From Antedon mediterranea (lineage: Eukaryota > Animalia > Echinodermata): a stretch of DNA of 64,000 nt. The notes under the pieces are model-generated. The model searched no databases, had not been told where the DNA came from, and saw only the letters and a list, made by a program, of their open reading frames with translations. Both the position numbers and the translations under genes were made by a program. The stretch lies in the NCBI RefSeq assembly GCF_964355755.1, contig NC_092671.1, positions 6,944,001-7,008,000 on the forward strand. The letters are read 5' to 3'. Position 1 is the stretch's first letter, and the number at the start of each line of letters is the position of its first letter. Shown piece after piece: positions 10,801-42,076 of this stretch.

Positions 10801-13800
10801 CAGACTGGTTACAATATCGGTCGAGATCGATATAAACAAATTTAGTGGTATTTTGTATTTATGGAGAGCCCCTAGGCCTAGCTAAAGAATGTACTTATCA
10901 AAAGATAGTAAATAAAGTTGTTTAAATAAATTTGGGCAAACTCATAGAGTTGATGGTCAAAAGTATATCTACTGCACTGATTTCTTCTGTCACCACAGAA
11001 ACAGTGTGCTTTTATTATCAAACTGTACTAACTTTTGATGGGGTTTTTTTGGGCACTGATCTCCCAGTTCAGAAATCCTGGATCTGTCTGAAAAACTATT
11101 TTAATAATATAAGGAGTATGACAATGTAAATTGTTAAATTTGTAGATTCTAAACATTGTTATTGCAAATTTTATGCAAAGCTAACTTACTGTATGTATAA
11201 ATGTTCTTGATATACAGTTCACAGTACAGTATTAAAAGTCCCTTTTGAAGTGGAGTCGGTATAGTACAGTACTGTACTACATAATACAGTACAGTATGAC
11301 CCTCCCAACATCATGGCATCATATAAAGTGACTTTAAATTAAGTACAATTATAAAAAAATAAACTTGCAAACAAAAGGATGTTGATATTGATCTACAGTA
11401 ATTAGCTCAGTTTGGCTATTTAGGCTAAGCTGTGGATCAAGCAAAAAATGCCTCTTTGTTCACCGCTCTAGTTCAGACGTAGGATCATTTTTCTCTTGTA
11501 TAAATATTGAGCACTCTACTTGAACACTGCACAATACGGTATGTAAATTATTGCCAAGGAATTTATCTTACAATAATTTATGCAATGAATTATTCTACTG
11601 ATAGTTGGTAATTGTGGTGTTAAAGAAATTGGATTCTTTTCTTGTTCTTCACAAAGAAAAAATGTTTGCATAAGGCTCTTTGCTAGGGAAGAGGTTGTAA
11701 CTACTGTACACACTTATGTTGGGCTAGTTCTGTCCATACAAAACAGAGATGAACTTCTATGATGTCCAACAAATAATTTGTGGGGTTTTTTTACCCTTTT
11801 TTGTACTGTATGCAATTATTTGAAACAATATCATACAATTTTTACCTTGACCTTGTTTGGTTTAACTACAAGTTTTCACCTGTGAAAATTTGTAGTCATA
11901 AAATCATCTGTGAAAATTTGATTTACATTCAAACTGGTGTACAGTGTTTTATTGTTTGCCCTGAGGTTGGAAGTTCAAATCCCATATTGGGTATTCTGCA
12001 GTGTAATAATGATTATTCATGTTGTATAGGATGGTATTTAAACCAATTGTTGGTACTGAACACAAACATTTGATTTTTTTGAAAAATTTATCCAAATGTT
12101 ATTGTTACAACAAAAGTAAAACATGATTATATTAACTGACAGTAAATAATGTTTTTGTTGTACTGTATTGTCTTATTTCAGTACTGTAAGTGGCAATAAT
12201 GTTTCTGTGAATGAATGGATTTATTTTCTCAGAATTATTGGGTTCAATATTAGTATGTGCAGTTGAACTTCTTGGCATAAACAATGCATCGTACAACATC
12301 AGTATTTCTTGGCACTTCCTGACATTTTGTGATAGTTGTACAGTAGGCACTAGAAATTGACTTCACATTTAAAACATTCTGTCTTTATTAACATAATACT
12401 TTGTATCCAATCTTCTCGTACATTTACTACTTTATTATAGGAGGGTCATAACTATAACAATACAAATTGGATTGATTTTTGTTTAAAGCATTTATTATTA
12501 TGTTTAGAACTCTCATTTTGTGAACATTCCTATGGGAAATTAATATTTAATTTCGACAGAAACAGATCATCTGAAAACTTACGACCGTATATCAACGATA
12601 TTTACTTGCCCTCGTTGAGGCAACCCCTTGGGTTATGTAGATATGTTTCTGAGCGTGCTCTGTTTAGCGTGAATGTTTCATACTGATGAGCAATCAACTT
12701 TAGTGTGTAATTTATTGTGAAATTAGCCTTGTTTTGTTATAAACATTATTATGATATGAAATTGGATATTTAAAAAATTAGATTAGAAACTATATGAATA
12801 AAATAATGTTTAATCTTTATGGTTTATTAATTTTTAATGAGACAATTAGTGAATTAATTAGTAAAATGATCTCACATACTGTATGCCGATTCTTGATAAA
12901 CGTTTTGTTATTCTGTAATTTGTAATGTATAGTAGTACGTAAACAATTTAATTTACTGTGTCATTCTAATATTGTGATCCGGATCCGGTCAAAAAACCAA
13001 GTCTGAATGTATGCTCCCTCAGTAGTGGTGCGCCGGTAAAATTGTGTGGATTTGTTGGGTTAGACTTTATGCCGAAATTTGGTAAAAATCCATTAAGTTT
13101 TTACGTAAGTTACCTCGACAGACACACATACAGTAACCCAAGGTTGATTGATTGATTGATTTTATTCGATATTCATACAAAAAAGTTAAAATATACAATG
13201 TACAAAAAGAATACCAGGATAACCCATTAAGTCGACAAATAAAAAGTAAACTTATTTCCAATGGAGTCCAATCCGTATTAACTGAAATTTAAGTGAGTGG
13301 TTGGGCCTACAGTAGTACAATATATCATTAAGTTGGACGCAGTAAAAATGGAAAAACAAGAAAATACATATAAGACAAGATAACCTCCTTTATGGAGGTA
13401 AAAATAACATATACTGTGTTTGTAAATTAGCAAAATTCCTTGTTTATAGTTTGATAAAACTTGGTGATATTTATGAGAAGTAATTTAGATGATGTTTATA
13501 ATGACAACCATTAATCATAGTTAAAATTGAATGGGGATTTTTCCCACCGCAATATGTACAATGTACTGTAAATTGTTTTATCCAATGGAAAGTCAAAACA
13601 ACATTATATATTACATCATACAGTAGCAGTGTTCATGGGTTTTTCCATTATTGATATAGGGATGTTTACCAAACTTTCTACTCATTTCGCATTGTACTGT
13701 ATCCACTATCTAGTTTGTAATTTCTTTTCAATCTCTAATTTTTCTTTCAATCTCTTATTTTCCTTACCATAGATTATATCGAGGTGGATACGCCAAAATC

Positions 13801-13807
13801 AAGCAAA

Positions 13808-31422
<17,615 letters not shown>

Positions 31423-32118
31423 GTAAGCATACAATAGTGATGCGTTTATGATTGTTAAATATGAATTTCTATGAAATTACTGTGAATATTTTTCCATATT
31501 TTTTAGGCTTAGTAGTAATCCAAAGTTAGAATTTTATCGTTAGCATGGCTTTCTTGAGAAATTTTATTTGGGTAATCTACTCAATATGTCAGAATAGTTA
31601 ATGCACAGTTATATGTACATATTATAATGTTGATATAAAACTTGTACATACATATGTACAGAGGTTACAGGCCTTGTCTAAAAAATATCTAAATTTAACT
31701 ATAGCATTTTCTTCACCAAATTTTCATTAATTTTTTAGAATAACTTTTGCACTCATTGTGTAGGTTGTCTAGAATTACTATTAGTGTTTATCAGAATGAA
31801 TTGCTTTTATTTTAAAAGTGGATTTTGTTTCTAAATAAAATTGCATTGGTTATTGTAGACGTATATGCATTTCTAAGTAAAAAATATATCAATACTGAAT
31901 GGGGAGGAAGGATAAATAAAATGAAGAGTTTATAAAAGCAGTAGTTTAATTTAAATCAGTTATTTAAAATCGATACACCCATAATGTTACTTTGGAATCA
32001 CAAGGAGTAGATGGCAACACACAAACATGCTGATTCTATCACAATTGGTATAGGTTAAACTCAATGTCAATTTAGATTGTTATAGATGTGTGTGAATAAG
32101 CATGTATTTGCATTCTGA

Positions 32119-32278
32119 AGCTCTGTCTACACTATCAAACTTTATGTGACTAAAAAATGTGATGTGCCCATATATGGACATGATGATGTCATATCACTAT
32201 CATTATTTAAGCATCACTGCCATATTTGGGCATATCACACTTTTTTGTAACATAAAGTTTGATAGTGTAAGCAGAGCT
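32119..32278. mobile_element. MITE family A, probably in the SPOP 3' UTR
   Basis: AGCTCTGTCTACACTATCAAACTTTATG...CATAAAGTTTGATAGTGTAAGCAGAGCT. Confidence 0.85.
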
Positions 32279-32281
32279 TTA

Positions 32282-32435
32282 AGCTTGGTTCCTACTTGGA
32301 TGCAACACAGCGATGTATGTGCAATGCAAGCGAATTAACGTATCACAAGCAATAGTTTTGGTGATCCATCGCATCATGATTGGTCAAACTGCTTGTAGTG
32401 CGGTTACGTCCTTGCTTTCTAGTAGGAACCAAGTT
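32282..32435. mobile_element. MITE family B, degenerate
   Basis: AGCTTGGTTCCTACT...AGTAGGAACCAAGTT with TTA on both sides; homologous to 5440-5618. Confidence 0.7.
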
Positions 32436-32478
32436 TTAAGGTGAGAATTCTGTACCCACTACACACAAGGAACGCTTC

Positions 32479-32630
32479 CAGTGGCGTAACGGCTATGAGC
32501 GCTCATTGACTAAACCCAGGGGCCCCGGAGCTTATAGGGTCCCCTGAGCAGTGCCAAGAAGAAAAAACAGGCATTAAAATATGTTAAAAAAGCTAAAAAC
32601 GCCTTAGGCCTCCACCATTGGAGGGCTATT
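32479..32630. mobile_element. MITE family C, truncated
   Basis: CAGTGGCGTAACG...CTAAACCCAGGGGCCCC...AACAGGCATTAAAAT matches the copy starting at 15575. Confidence 0.7.
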
Positions 32631-33942
32631 TAGGCTTCATTTATATGTTCTGATAAACAGAGTTCACAAGGTAGTTGAAATAATTATCTAAACAGTTGCA
32701 GGGTATTTCTCTTATAAATGTTCATAATACACTGACTAAGTCTACTGCTATTGTATTTAAGTTTGATAATTTTTTTATTACTAATAAAAAAAAATTTTTC
32801 TGATCCACATTGTAATAAATCATGGTGGATGGTGTAATACTTATCACTCAACCACTGAGAATTATAAGCAAATAATTCCAACAATTCAATTCAAGAATCA
32901 TTTATTGACCAAAAATATTATATCATAACAATGGTTGGCATATAACATATATAGTCGAGAGACTACAAAAGATCCAATAAATGATTGTTAATTTTTGATC
33001 TATATAATTAACATAGATGATAAGCTATACTCCCCAGCAGTGTTCACAGATACCTTTTTATTGCACCCATATATGTTGAACAATATCTGTAATAGTAAAC
33101 TGACACCAGGAAATCACAGTGGCCATTGTTGATGAATACATTTTTCATGACAATTTGTGTATGGGCTAATCATAAATAATGTGATGTAACATTATAACAT
33201 GATAAATGTGTCTTTAATGATTCATTTTTTTCAATATTCAATTTCAGCATTAAAATTTATAATTAAAATTAGTTTGTTTTAATGAGAAATGCAATATAGA
33301 ATGCAAAGATAAATTGTTTTGGAAACCATATGATGGATTCATTGTCAACACAGTTAAAAAATGAAATGTAGATGGGAGCCATGCGCCCCCCCCCCCCCCC
33401 CCTCCTTCTCCACATATGCAGCAATGCTGTCCCCTCCTCCTATTGGTCACATCATATGATGTAGCCATATAAACAGACACTCATTCATCTATCTACATTA
33501 ATGTAACCCTCTACTCTAAAAGATAGTTTTTTTTTCACGAAAGTATTTTTAAGTACATAACATAGCAATTGTGTACTCTATTTCTATGGGCTGCAGTTCT
33601 AATAGGACTACAAGAAGATATATAGTATACTTAGTCATTATATTAATTAATTATCTACCAATTGTGATTGGTGTATTTCTTAATAGATTTTTTAAAAATT
33701 AAAAATGTGATTTTATATTGTTAATTTAAATGTTTTCCTAAATCCAATTTATTCATTACTTTTTCACCCACACAAAATAATTAAATTAATGCATATTTAG
33801 TTTAAAATTAATACAATTCCTCTTATTTTTTTACATGTGTATTTATATTTTTTAAATTGCCAATGTAAATGGCACGAATTGAAAGAGAGATTTTGAAGTG
33901 TTATGTATACATTATGATATACAATATACAAACTGAGAAAAC

Positions 33943-33948
33943 AATAAA
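33943..33948 (+). terminator. Candidate distal polyadenylation signal of SPOP
   Basis: AATAAA after an AU-rich tract and followed by T/GT-rich sequence; more proximal AATAAA sites also exist (about 31834). Confidence 0.3.
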
Positions 33949-34251
33949 CATTTGTTCATGCTTTCTTTTAGAATAATATTTAATGTATCATGTCCACTTT
34001 GTGTATCCCTTTAGTTTAGACTATGAAGTTATATGCACTCAAGTATTCTATTTTCAAGGAGTTCACACTTACCATATAGAAATTCGCCCTGAATTAAATC
34101 GTTCAGTTGTGTAAAAACAATAGAAACTTATTCAGAAATTTATCGCTTGATAATGCTAAATTTATAGTATAGCCCACCCTGTCCATTGATCCCAACTATT
34201 CGGTGTTGGTGACGAAATAAAAGTATCTGGTCTCATTATTCCCATTATTAA

Positions 34252-34538
34252 AGATGTATTGTCCCCCAAAAACATGAAAAATGAAGACCATTTTTGTAGT
34301 TTTAACAAATTCACTTCCGTAGAAAAAAAAAACTAACAAAAAATGTTTTCACTTGGGGCTATAAAATGACAAAACAAATAAATTCAACCAAATACCCATT
34401 GGCTGGTAGCCAATTTGACTATTTTTTGCATTTATTTTAAAAATTTTTCAGGTAAATAATTTTTTTCCCAATTCAATTTTACATTAAAATTGAACAAACA
34501 AATTTAAAAAAAATAATTTTCAGGGGGACAATACATCT
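34252..34538. mobile_element. Kolobok-like non-autonomous element
   Basis: Perfect 16-bp TIR AGATGTATTGTCCCCC, TTAA duplication (34248-34251, 34539-34542) and purine-purine termini, which fit Kolobok better than piggyBac. Confidence 0.8.
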
Positions 34539-34685
34539 TTAACAAAATTCATAAGAAATAAAACAAATTGGTGTTGGTATTAATGTACAATTAAATCCTC
34601 GAAGTCATTTTATTTGTTGAGGGATTTCAAGACGGAAACTTGATTATTTTTCTACAATAAGCACTTGCGCCCTCTGTTTTAATCC

Positions 34686-34699
34686 ATCTCCTTAGCAAC
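34686..34699. promoter_or_regulatory. RFX X-box motif
   Basis: ATCTCCTTAGCAAC matches RYYNYYWWRRNRAC with a canonical TAGCAAC half-site. Confidence 0.5.
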
Positions 34700-35110
34700 G
34701 TCTACCACTGTCGGGAGCTATATATCCAATACCAAATTGGCGAGTAAATCATGTTTTACTTTAAATTAAATTTATACGCTCTTCCACAAGGTCAATTGTT
34801 AGTTATACATACAGACTATATTAAAACAATGATTTTGAACACGTAGGGCATTTCTTTGAATTCTTTCCTATTGTCGTTTTGTGGTAATTTACAGCTTTTT
34901 ATATGTTAAACAAAAGTACATAATCAATTGCGTCTGCATCATGCTAGACTACAACTTCCGGTAGTGACGTAATCAGCATATTTTTGGTAATAAAACTTTT
35001 TCACTAAGCTAGGGAATCTTCTGATATCAATATTCATTAGACCGTACTTTAGTTAGCCAATCAAAATAAACGTATAAACAATTTTGCGGCGATGTTGTTG
35101 AGGTAAAATA

Positions 35111-38100
35111 TACTGTGTTTTACAATAACCAATTTGGTTAGAGTAAAACACAATGATAAAGAATAGGAAACATTTAATAATATGATAAATGTCATTACAT
35201 AGCAATTTATCACTGTGTTTTACTATAACCAATTTGGTTAGAGTAAAACACAATGATATAGAATAGGCAACATTTAATAATATGATAAATGACATTTACA
35301 TAGCAATTTAGCACTGTGTTTTACTATAAGCAATTTGGTTAAAGTAAAGCAGAATGATAAAGAATAGGAATTTAATAATATGATATATGACATTTACATA
35401 GCAATTTAGCACTGTGTTTTACTATAACCAATTTGGTTAGAGTAAAACACAATGATAAAGAATAGGAAACATTTAATAATATGATATATGACATTCACAT
35501 AGCAATTTAGCACTGTGTTTTACTATAACCAATTTGGTTAGAGTAAAACACAATGATATAGAATAGGAAACATTTAATAATTTGATAAATGACATTTACA
35601 TAGCAATTTGCACTGTGTTTTACTATAACCAATTTGGTTAAAGTAAAACACAATGATAAAGAATAGGAAACACTTAATAATATGATAAATGACATTTACA
35701 TAGCAATTTAGCACTGTGTTTTACTATAACCAATTTGGTTAAAGTAAAGCAGAATGATAAAGAATAGGAATTTAATAATATGATATATGACATTTACATA
35801 GCAATTTAGCACTGTGTTTTACTATAACCAATTTGGTTAGAGTAAAACACAATGATAAAGATTAGGAAATATTTAATAATAATGATTATTTACATAGCAA
35901 TTTAGCACTGTGTTTTACTATAACCAATTTGGTTATAGTAAAACACAATGATATAGAATAGGAAACATTTATTAATATGATAAAGACATTTACATAGCAA
36001 TTTATCACTGTGTTTTACTATAACCAATTTGGTTAGAGTAAAACACAATGATAAAGAATAGGAAACATTTAATAATAATGATTATTTACATAGCAATTTA
36101 GCACTGTGTTTTACTATAACCAATTTGGTTATAGTAAAACACAATGATAAAGAATAGGAAACATTTAATAATATGATATATGACATTCACATAGCAATTT
36201 AGCACTGTGTTTTACTATGACCAATTTGGTTAGAGTAAAACACAATGATATAGAATAGGAAACATTTAATAATTTGATAAATGACATTTACATAGCAATT
36301 TAGCACTGTGTTTTACTATAAACAATTTGGTTAAAGTAAAGCAGAATGATAAAGAATAGGAATTTAATAATATGATATATGACATTTACATAGCAATTTA
36401 GCACTGTGTTTTACTATAACCAATTTGGTTAGAGTAAAACACAATGATAAAGAATAGGAAACATTTAATAATATGATATATGACATTCACATAGTAATTT
36501 AGCACTGTGTTTTACTATAACCAATTTGGTTAGAGTAAAACACAATGATATAGAATAGGAAACATTTAATAATTTGATAAATGACATTTACATAGCAATT
36601 AGCACTGTGTTTTACTATAACCAATTTGGTTAAAGTAAAACACAATGATAAAGAATAGGAAACACTTAATAATATGATAAATGACATTTACATAGCAATT
36701 TAGCACTGTGTTTTACTATAACCAATTTGGTTAAAGTAAAGCAGAATGATAAAGAATAGGAATTTAATAATATGATATATGACATTTACATAGCAATTTA
36801 GCACTGTGTTTTACTATAACCAATTTGGTTAGAGTAAAACACAATGATAAAGATTAGGAAATATTTAATAATAATGATTATTTACATAGCAATTTAGCAC
36901 TGTGTTTTACTATAACCAATTTGGTTATAGTAAAACACAATGATATAGAATAGGAAACATTTAATAATATGATAAATGACATTTACATAGCAATTTATCA
37001 CTGTGTTTTACTATAACCAATTTGGTTAGAGTAAAACACAATGATAAAGAATAGGAAACATTTAATAATAATGATTATTTACATAGCAATTTAGCACTGT
37101 GTTTTACTATAACCAATTTGGTTATAGTAAAACACAATGATAAAGAATAGGAAACATTTAATAATATGATATATGACATTCACATAGCAATTTAGCACTG
37201 TGTTTTACTATAACCAATTTGGTTAGAGTAAAACACAATGATATAGAATAGGAAACATTTAATAATTTGATAAATGACATTTACATAGCAATTTAGCACT
37301 GTGTTTTACTATAACCAATTTGGTTAAAGTAAAACACAATGATAAAGAATAGGAAACACTTAATAATATGATAAATGACATTTACATAGCAATTTAGCAC
37401 TGTGTTTTACTATAACCAATTTGGTTAAAGTAAAGCAGAATGATAAAGAATAGGAATTTAATAATATGATATATGACATTTACATAGCAATTTAGCACTG
37501 TGTTTTACTATAACCAATTTGGTTAGAGTAAAACACAATGATAAAGAATAGGAAATATTTAATAATAATGATTATTTACATAGCAATTTAGCACTGTGTT
37601 TTACTATAACCAATTTGGTTATAGTAAAACACAATGATATAGAATAGGAAACATTTAATAATATGATAAATGACATTTACATAGCAATTTATCACTGTGT
37701 TTTACTATAACCAATTTGGTTATGGTAAAGCACAATGATATAGAATAGGAAACATTTAATAATATGATAAATGACATTTACATAGCAATTTAGCACTGTG
37801 TTTTACTATAACCAATTTGGTTAAAGTAAAACATAATGATAAAGAATAGGAAACATTTAATAATATGATAAATGACATTTACATAGCAATTTATCACTGT
37901 GTTTTACTATAACCAATTTGGTTATGGTAAAGCACAATGATATAGAATAGGAAACATTTAATAATAATGATTATTTACATAGCAATTTAGCACCATGTTT
38001 TACTATAACCAATTTGGTTATGGTAAAGCACAATGATATAGAATAGGAAACATTTAATAATATGATAAATGTCATTACATAGCAATTTAGCACTGTGTTT

Positions 38101-38740
38101 TACTATAACCAATTTGGTTAGAGTAAAACACAATGACAAAGAATAGGAAACATTTAATAATAATGATTATTTACATAGCTAGCAATTTAGCACAATGTTT
38201 TACTATAACCAATTTGGTTATGGTAAAGCACAATGATATAGAATAGGAAACATTTAATAATATGATAAATGTCATTACATAGCAATTTAGCACTGTGTTT
38301 TACTATAACCAATTGGGTTAGAGTAAAACACAATGATAAAGAATAGGAAACATTTTAATAACATGATAAATGACATTCACATAGAAATTTAGCACTGTGT
38401 TTTACAATAACCAATTTGATTAGAGTAAAGCACAATGATAAAGAATATGAAACATTTAATAATATGATAAATGACATTTACATAGTAATTTATCACTGTG
38501 TTTTACTATAACCAATTTGGTTAGAGTAAAACATTTTAACTATGATAAATGATATTTAGCACTGTGCTGGATACAGTAAAACACAAATTAAGAATAGGAA
38601 ACATATAATAATATGATACATTTACATACAAATTTAGTATTGTGTTTTACTATAGCCAATTTGGTTACAGTAAAACACAATGATAATGAAACATTTATTA
38701 TATGATATTATTTACATAGCAAAATATTATATTAAACATA
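35111..38740 (+). repeat. Tandem array of a ~100-bp monomer (about 34 copies plus a degenerate tail)
   Basis: Monomer AGCACTGTGTTTTACTATAACCAATTTGGTTAGAGTAAAACACAATGATAAAGAATAGGAAACATTTAATAATATGATAAATGACATTTACATAGCAATTT, 97-101 bp. Confidence 0.97.
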
Positions 38741-38767
38741 TCTTATTATCTAAACGTTATGAAAAGA

Positions 38768-40620
38768 ATAGGATACATATAATGTAATAATATAATAAAT
38801 ACAAGTTACATAGTTTATCATCTTGTTTTACAGAACCAATTTGGTGACACAGTTAAACACAGTGATAAAGAATAGATACTGTTTTAGGTTATATAACCCT
38901 AACCCTAGTTTGAAGCGACATAATAAATTCATCGCGAAAAAGTACGTATCGTATTTAGAAACTTTTGAAATTTGTTAGATATGTTTAATAGGTTCTTACG
39001 TCTATAAAACAAAAAAAAAATATAAATTTCACAAAAAATTCGTGATTTTAATAATTTGCATTTCTAAAAATGTACACTTATGAAATACCATACATTTTCT
39101 AACACATTTTTACTTCATTGATGATTCCCAGAAATCAAAATAAAACAAATTATGATATTTCTTTTACATTATAGATGTAAGAACCTATATTGAACATGTA
39201 CCAAATTTCAAACGTTTTTTAAGACGATACGTATTTTTATCGATGAATTAAGTATGTGATCGCTTCAAACTAGGGTTAGGGTTAAATAACCTAACAGTTC
39301 CATTCTTTAACACTGTGTTTAACTTTTAACCAAATTGGTTTTAGTACAACACAATGATAAACTATGTACATTTTATTTTTCATATTACATTATAGGATAC
39401 ATATAATGTAATAATAATAAATACAAGTTACATAGTTTATCATCTTGTTTTACAGAACCAATTTGGTTACACAGTTAAACACAATGATAAAGAATAGACA
39501 CTGTTTTAGGTTATATAACTCTAACCTTAGTTTGAAGCGATCACATACTTAATTCATCGCGAAAAAATACGTATCGTATTCAGAAACATTTGAAATTTGG
39601 TAAATATGTTCAATAGGTTCTTACGTCTATAAAACAAACAAAAAATAAAAGTTTCAAGACAAATTCGTGATTTTAATAATTTGCATTTCTAAACATTTAC
39701 ACTTATGAAAGACAATACATTTCCAACACATTTTTACTTCATTGATGATTCTCAGAAATCAAAATAAAACTATTAGGATATTTCTTTTGCATTTTAGATG
39801 TAAGAACCTATATTGAACATATCTACCAAATATCAAACGTTTTTCAAGACGATACGTATTTTTAGCGATGAATATTAAATATGTGATCGCTTCAAACTAG
39901 GGTTAGGGTTAAATAAACTAAAACAGTTCTATTCTTTATCACTCACTGTGTTTAACTTTTAACCAAAATGGTTATAGTAAAACACAATGATAAACTTATA
40001 TGTCAATTTTATTTTTCATAACATAAAATGTTTGATATTCTTTATAATATTTAATATTATATTTTAGGCCTACTATTAATGACGTATAAATGCACACTAC
40101 ATCTGAAATAACTTTCTATTTCATTGGCGATTCTTACCAAAAAAAAAGAACTAATTTTGTTATGTATATAGAGCAACCTATTATAACATGTCTTGTATGA
40201 TTTTTATCTCGTTTCAATGACATTTTATACTACAATTCAAATGAAAAAGCATCACAAAAAAATACGTCTGGTATTCAAAAAGTTTCTAAACTCGGTACAC
40301 AGAAAAAAGGAAATGTTGAAAATGTATGGTCTTTCATAAGTGTGAATTTTTAGAAATGCAAATAATGGAAATCATCGATTTGTCTTGAAATTTATAATTT
40401 GTTTTGTCTTATTGAACATATCTATACAAAATGTCAAACGTTTCTGAATACGATACGTTTTTTTTCTCGATGAATTTATAATGTCGCTTCAAACTAGAGG
40501 GTAGGGTAGTAACCTAACAAGTATCTATTCTTTATCACTATGTTTAACTGTGTAACCATATTGGTTCTAATAAAAAACAATGATAAACTATGTAAATTGT
40601 ATGTTTCATATAATTACATT
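38768..40620. repeat. Two tandem ~624-bp self-inverted modules plus a partial inverted third copy
   Basis: Copies start at 38768 and 39392; the arm TAACCCTAACCCTAGTTTGAAGCGA...ATTCATCG...TACGTATCGT...ATAGGTTCTTAC is mirrored inside each copy; about 40300-40620 is the reverse complement of the left arm plus centre. Confidence 0.85.
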
Positions 40621-41220
40621 TTTTCCAAAAAAAAATTATTGGGAATGTCAAATTTCTTTTTCATGACATATATCTACAAATTTCAGAAGCTTTTGAGTAC
40701 GAGTATTTTACGCGATGTTTTTTTATCCTCATTTTAATATTTTGGTAATGTAATTCACATAAAGTTTTGTATCCAAAAATTGTTTATTCTTGGGTAGAAA
40801 TGAAGAAATAAATAGTATTCCTGTATAATATAATAATCAATAATAAAGTATTAAAAAAAATGTTGTGTAAACGAACGTTTTTTACGCTTCGAATTTTCTG
40901 TTACATTATGTTTGAATTGAAGCTACAGATATTGAATCATGGACCTATAAATTAGTAATTTATAGGTCCATGATTGAACATATCGTCACTCACCACACAT
41001 TTTTTGTTTTGTATTTCGAAAGTATTTATTCTAAAGAACAATTGATGCAAACATCAACTGCGTATCTTATTTCATTAATTAATTATATTAATTATAATTT
41101 GGCGATTATTCGTCATACGAAGAGTCGAATATCGATTCGTCTCGTCATGGGAAGAAAACGTGCATTGCGCACACTGTTTACGCGCCTCAACAATAAACGG
41201 CGAATATGCGATTCGTCACT

Positions 41221-42076
41221 TATGGAACGCCGTTTTACACAAGTTTTTGGCGATGATAAAAATTGCATCGATGATGAAATTGCGTCGATGAAAATTGCAT
41301 CGACGCAATGTAGATTGCGTCGATGCAATGTAGATTGCGTCGACGCAATTTACATTTCGTCGATGAAAATTGCATCGATGAAAATTGCGTCGATGAAAAT
41401 TGCGTCGATGAAAACTGCATCGATGAAAATTGCGTCGATGAAAACTGCATCGATGAAAATTGATGTGATGAATTTAATTGATTATGAAAATTCCAAATGG
41501 TTTTAATTCAATCAATGATGAAAATGACTACTAGTAAAGTAAATGATGATGTTAATAATGATGTTAATAATGTTATTATGTTGCTAAAAATTGACGGTTT
41601 CTGAATATTTTGATATGATAAACATGTTTACCGCTTGCGCTAGCGCGCGTTATAGACAAGCGCACAGTGATCGCGCACTAAAACAATGTTGAAATATATG
41701 CACTGATTAACATTTTAGTGATTTATTGTCAACACATTTTAGCAATGGATCCATTATTGTCCTTTCGGACACATTATATCTTCTAGCTAATTGCTTCCGT
41801 TAATCCACCAGTTCAGTACATAAAATCCAGATGTCCAGCATCCATGACATCATATTCAAATCATACCGGCAGGGAGATCGCAATTTTCATCGATGAAAAC
41901 TGCATCGATGAAAAAAATTTTTTTTTTCATCGATGCAGTTTTCATCGATGCAGTTTTCATCAACGCAATTTTCATCGACGCAATTTTCATCACATTAACG
42001 CAATTTTCATTACATCGACGCAATTTTCATTGCATCATCGACGCGATTTTATCATCGCCTAAACTGGCATTCCATA
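41221..42076. mobile_element. Inner foldback-type element with inverted 15-bp tandem arrays
   Basis: Termini TATGGAACGCC / GGCATTCCATA; shared GGCGATGATAAAA; (TCGATGAAAATTGCR)n at about 41260-41465 and its reverse complement at about 41880-42060. Confidence 0.85.

Noticed and set aside
38895-39910. Interstitial telomere or chromosome fusion site
   Set aside because: Only two hexamers per site, embedded in a repeated module; far too short for a telomeric array.
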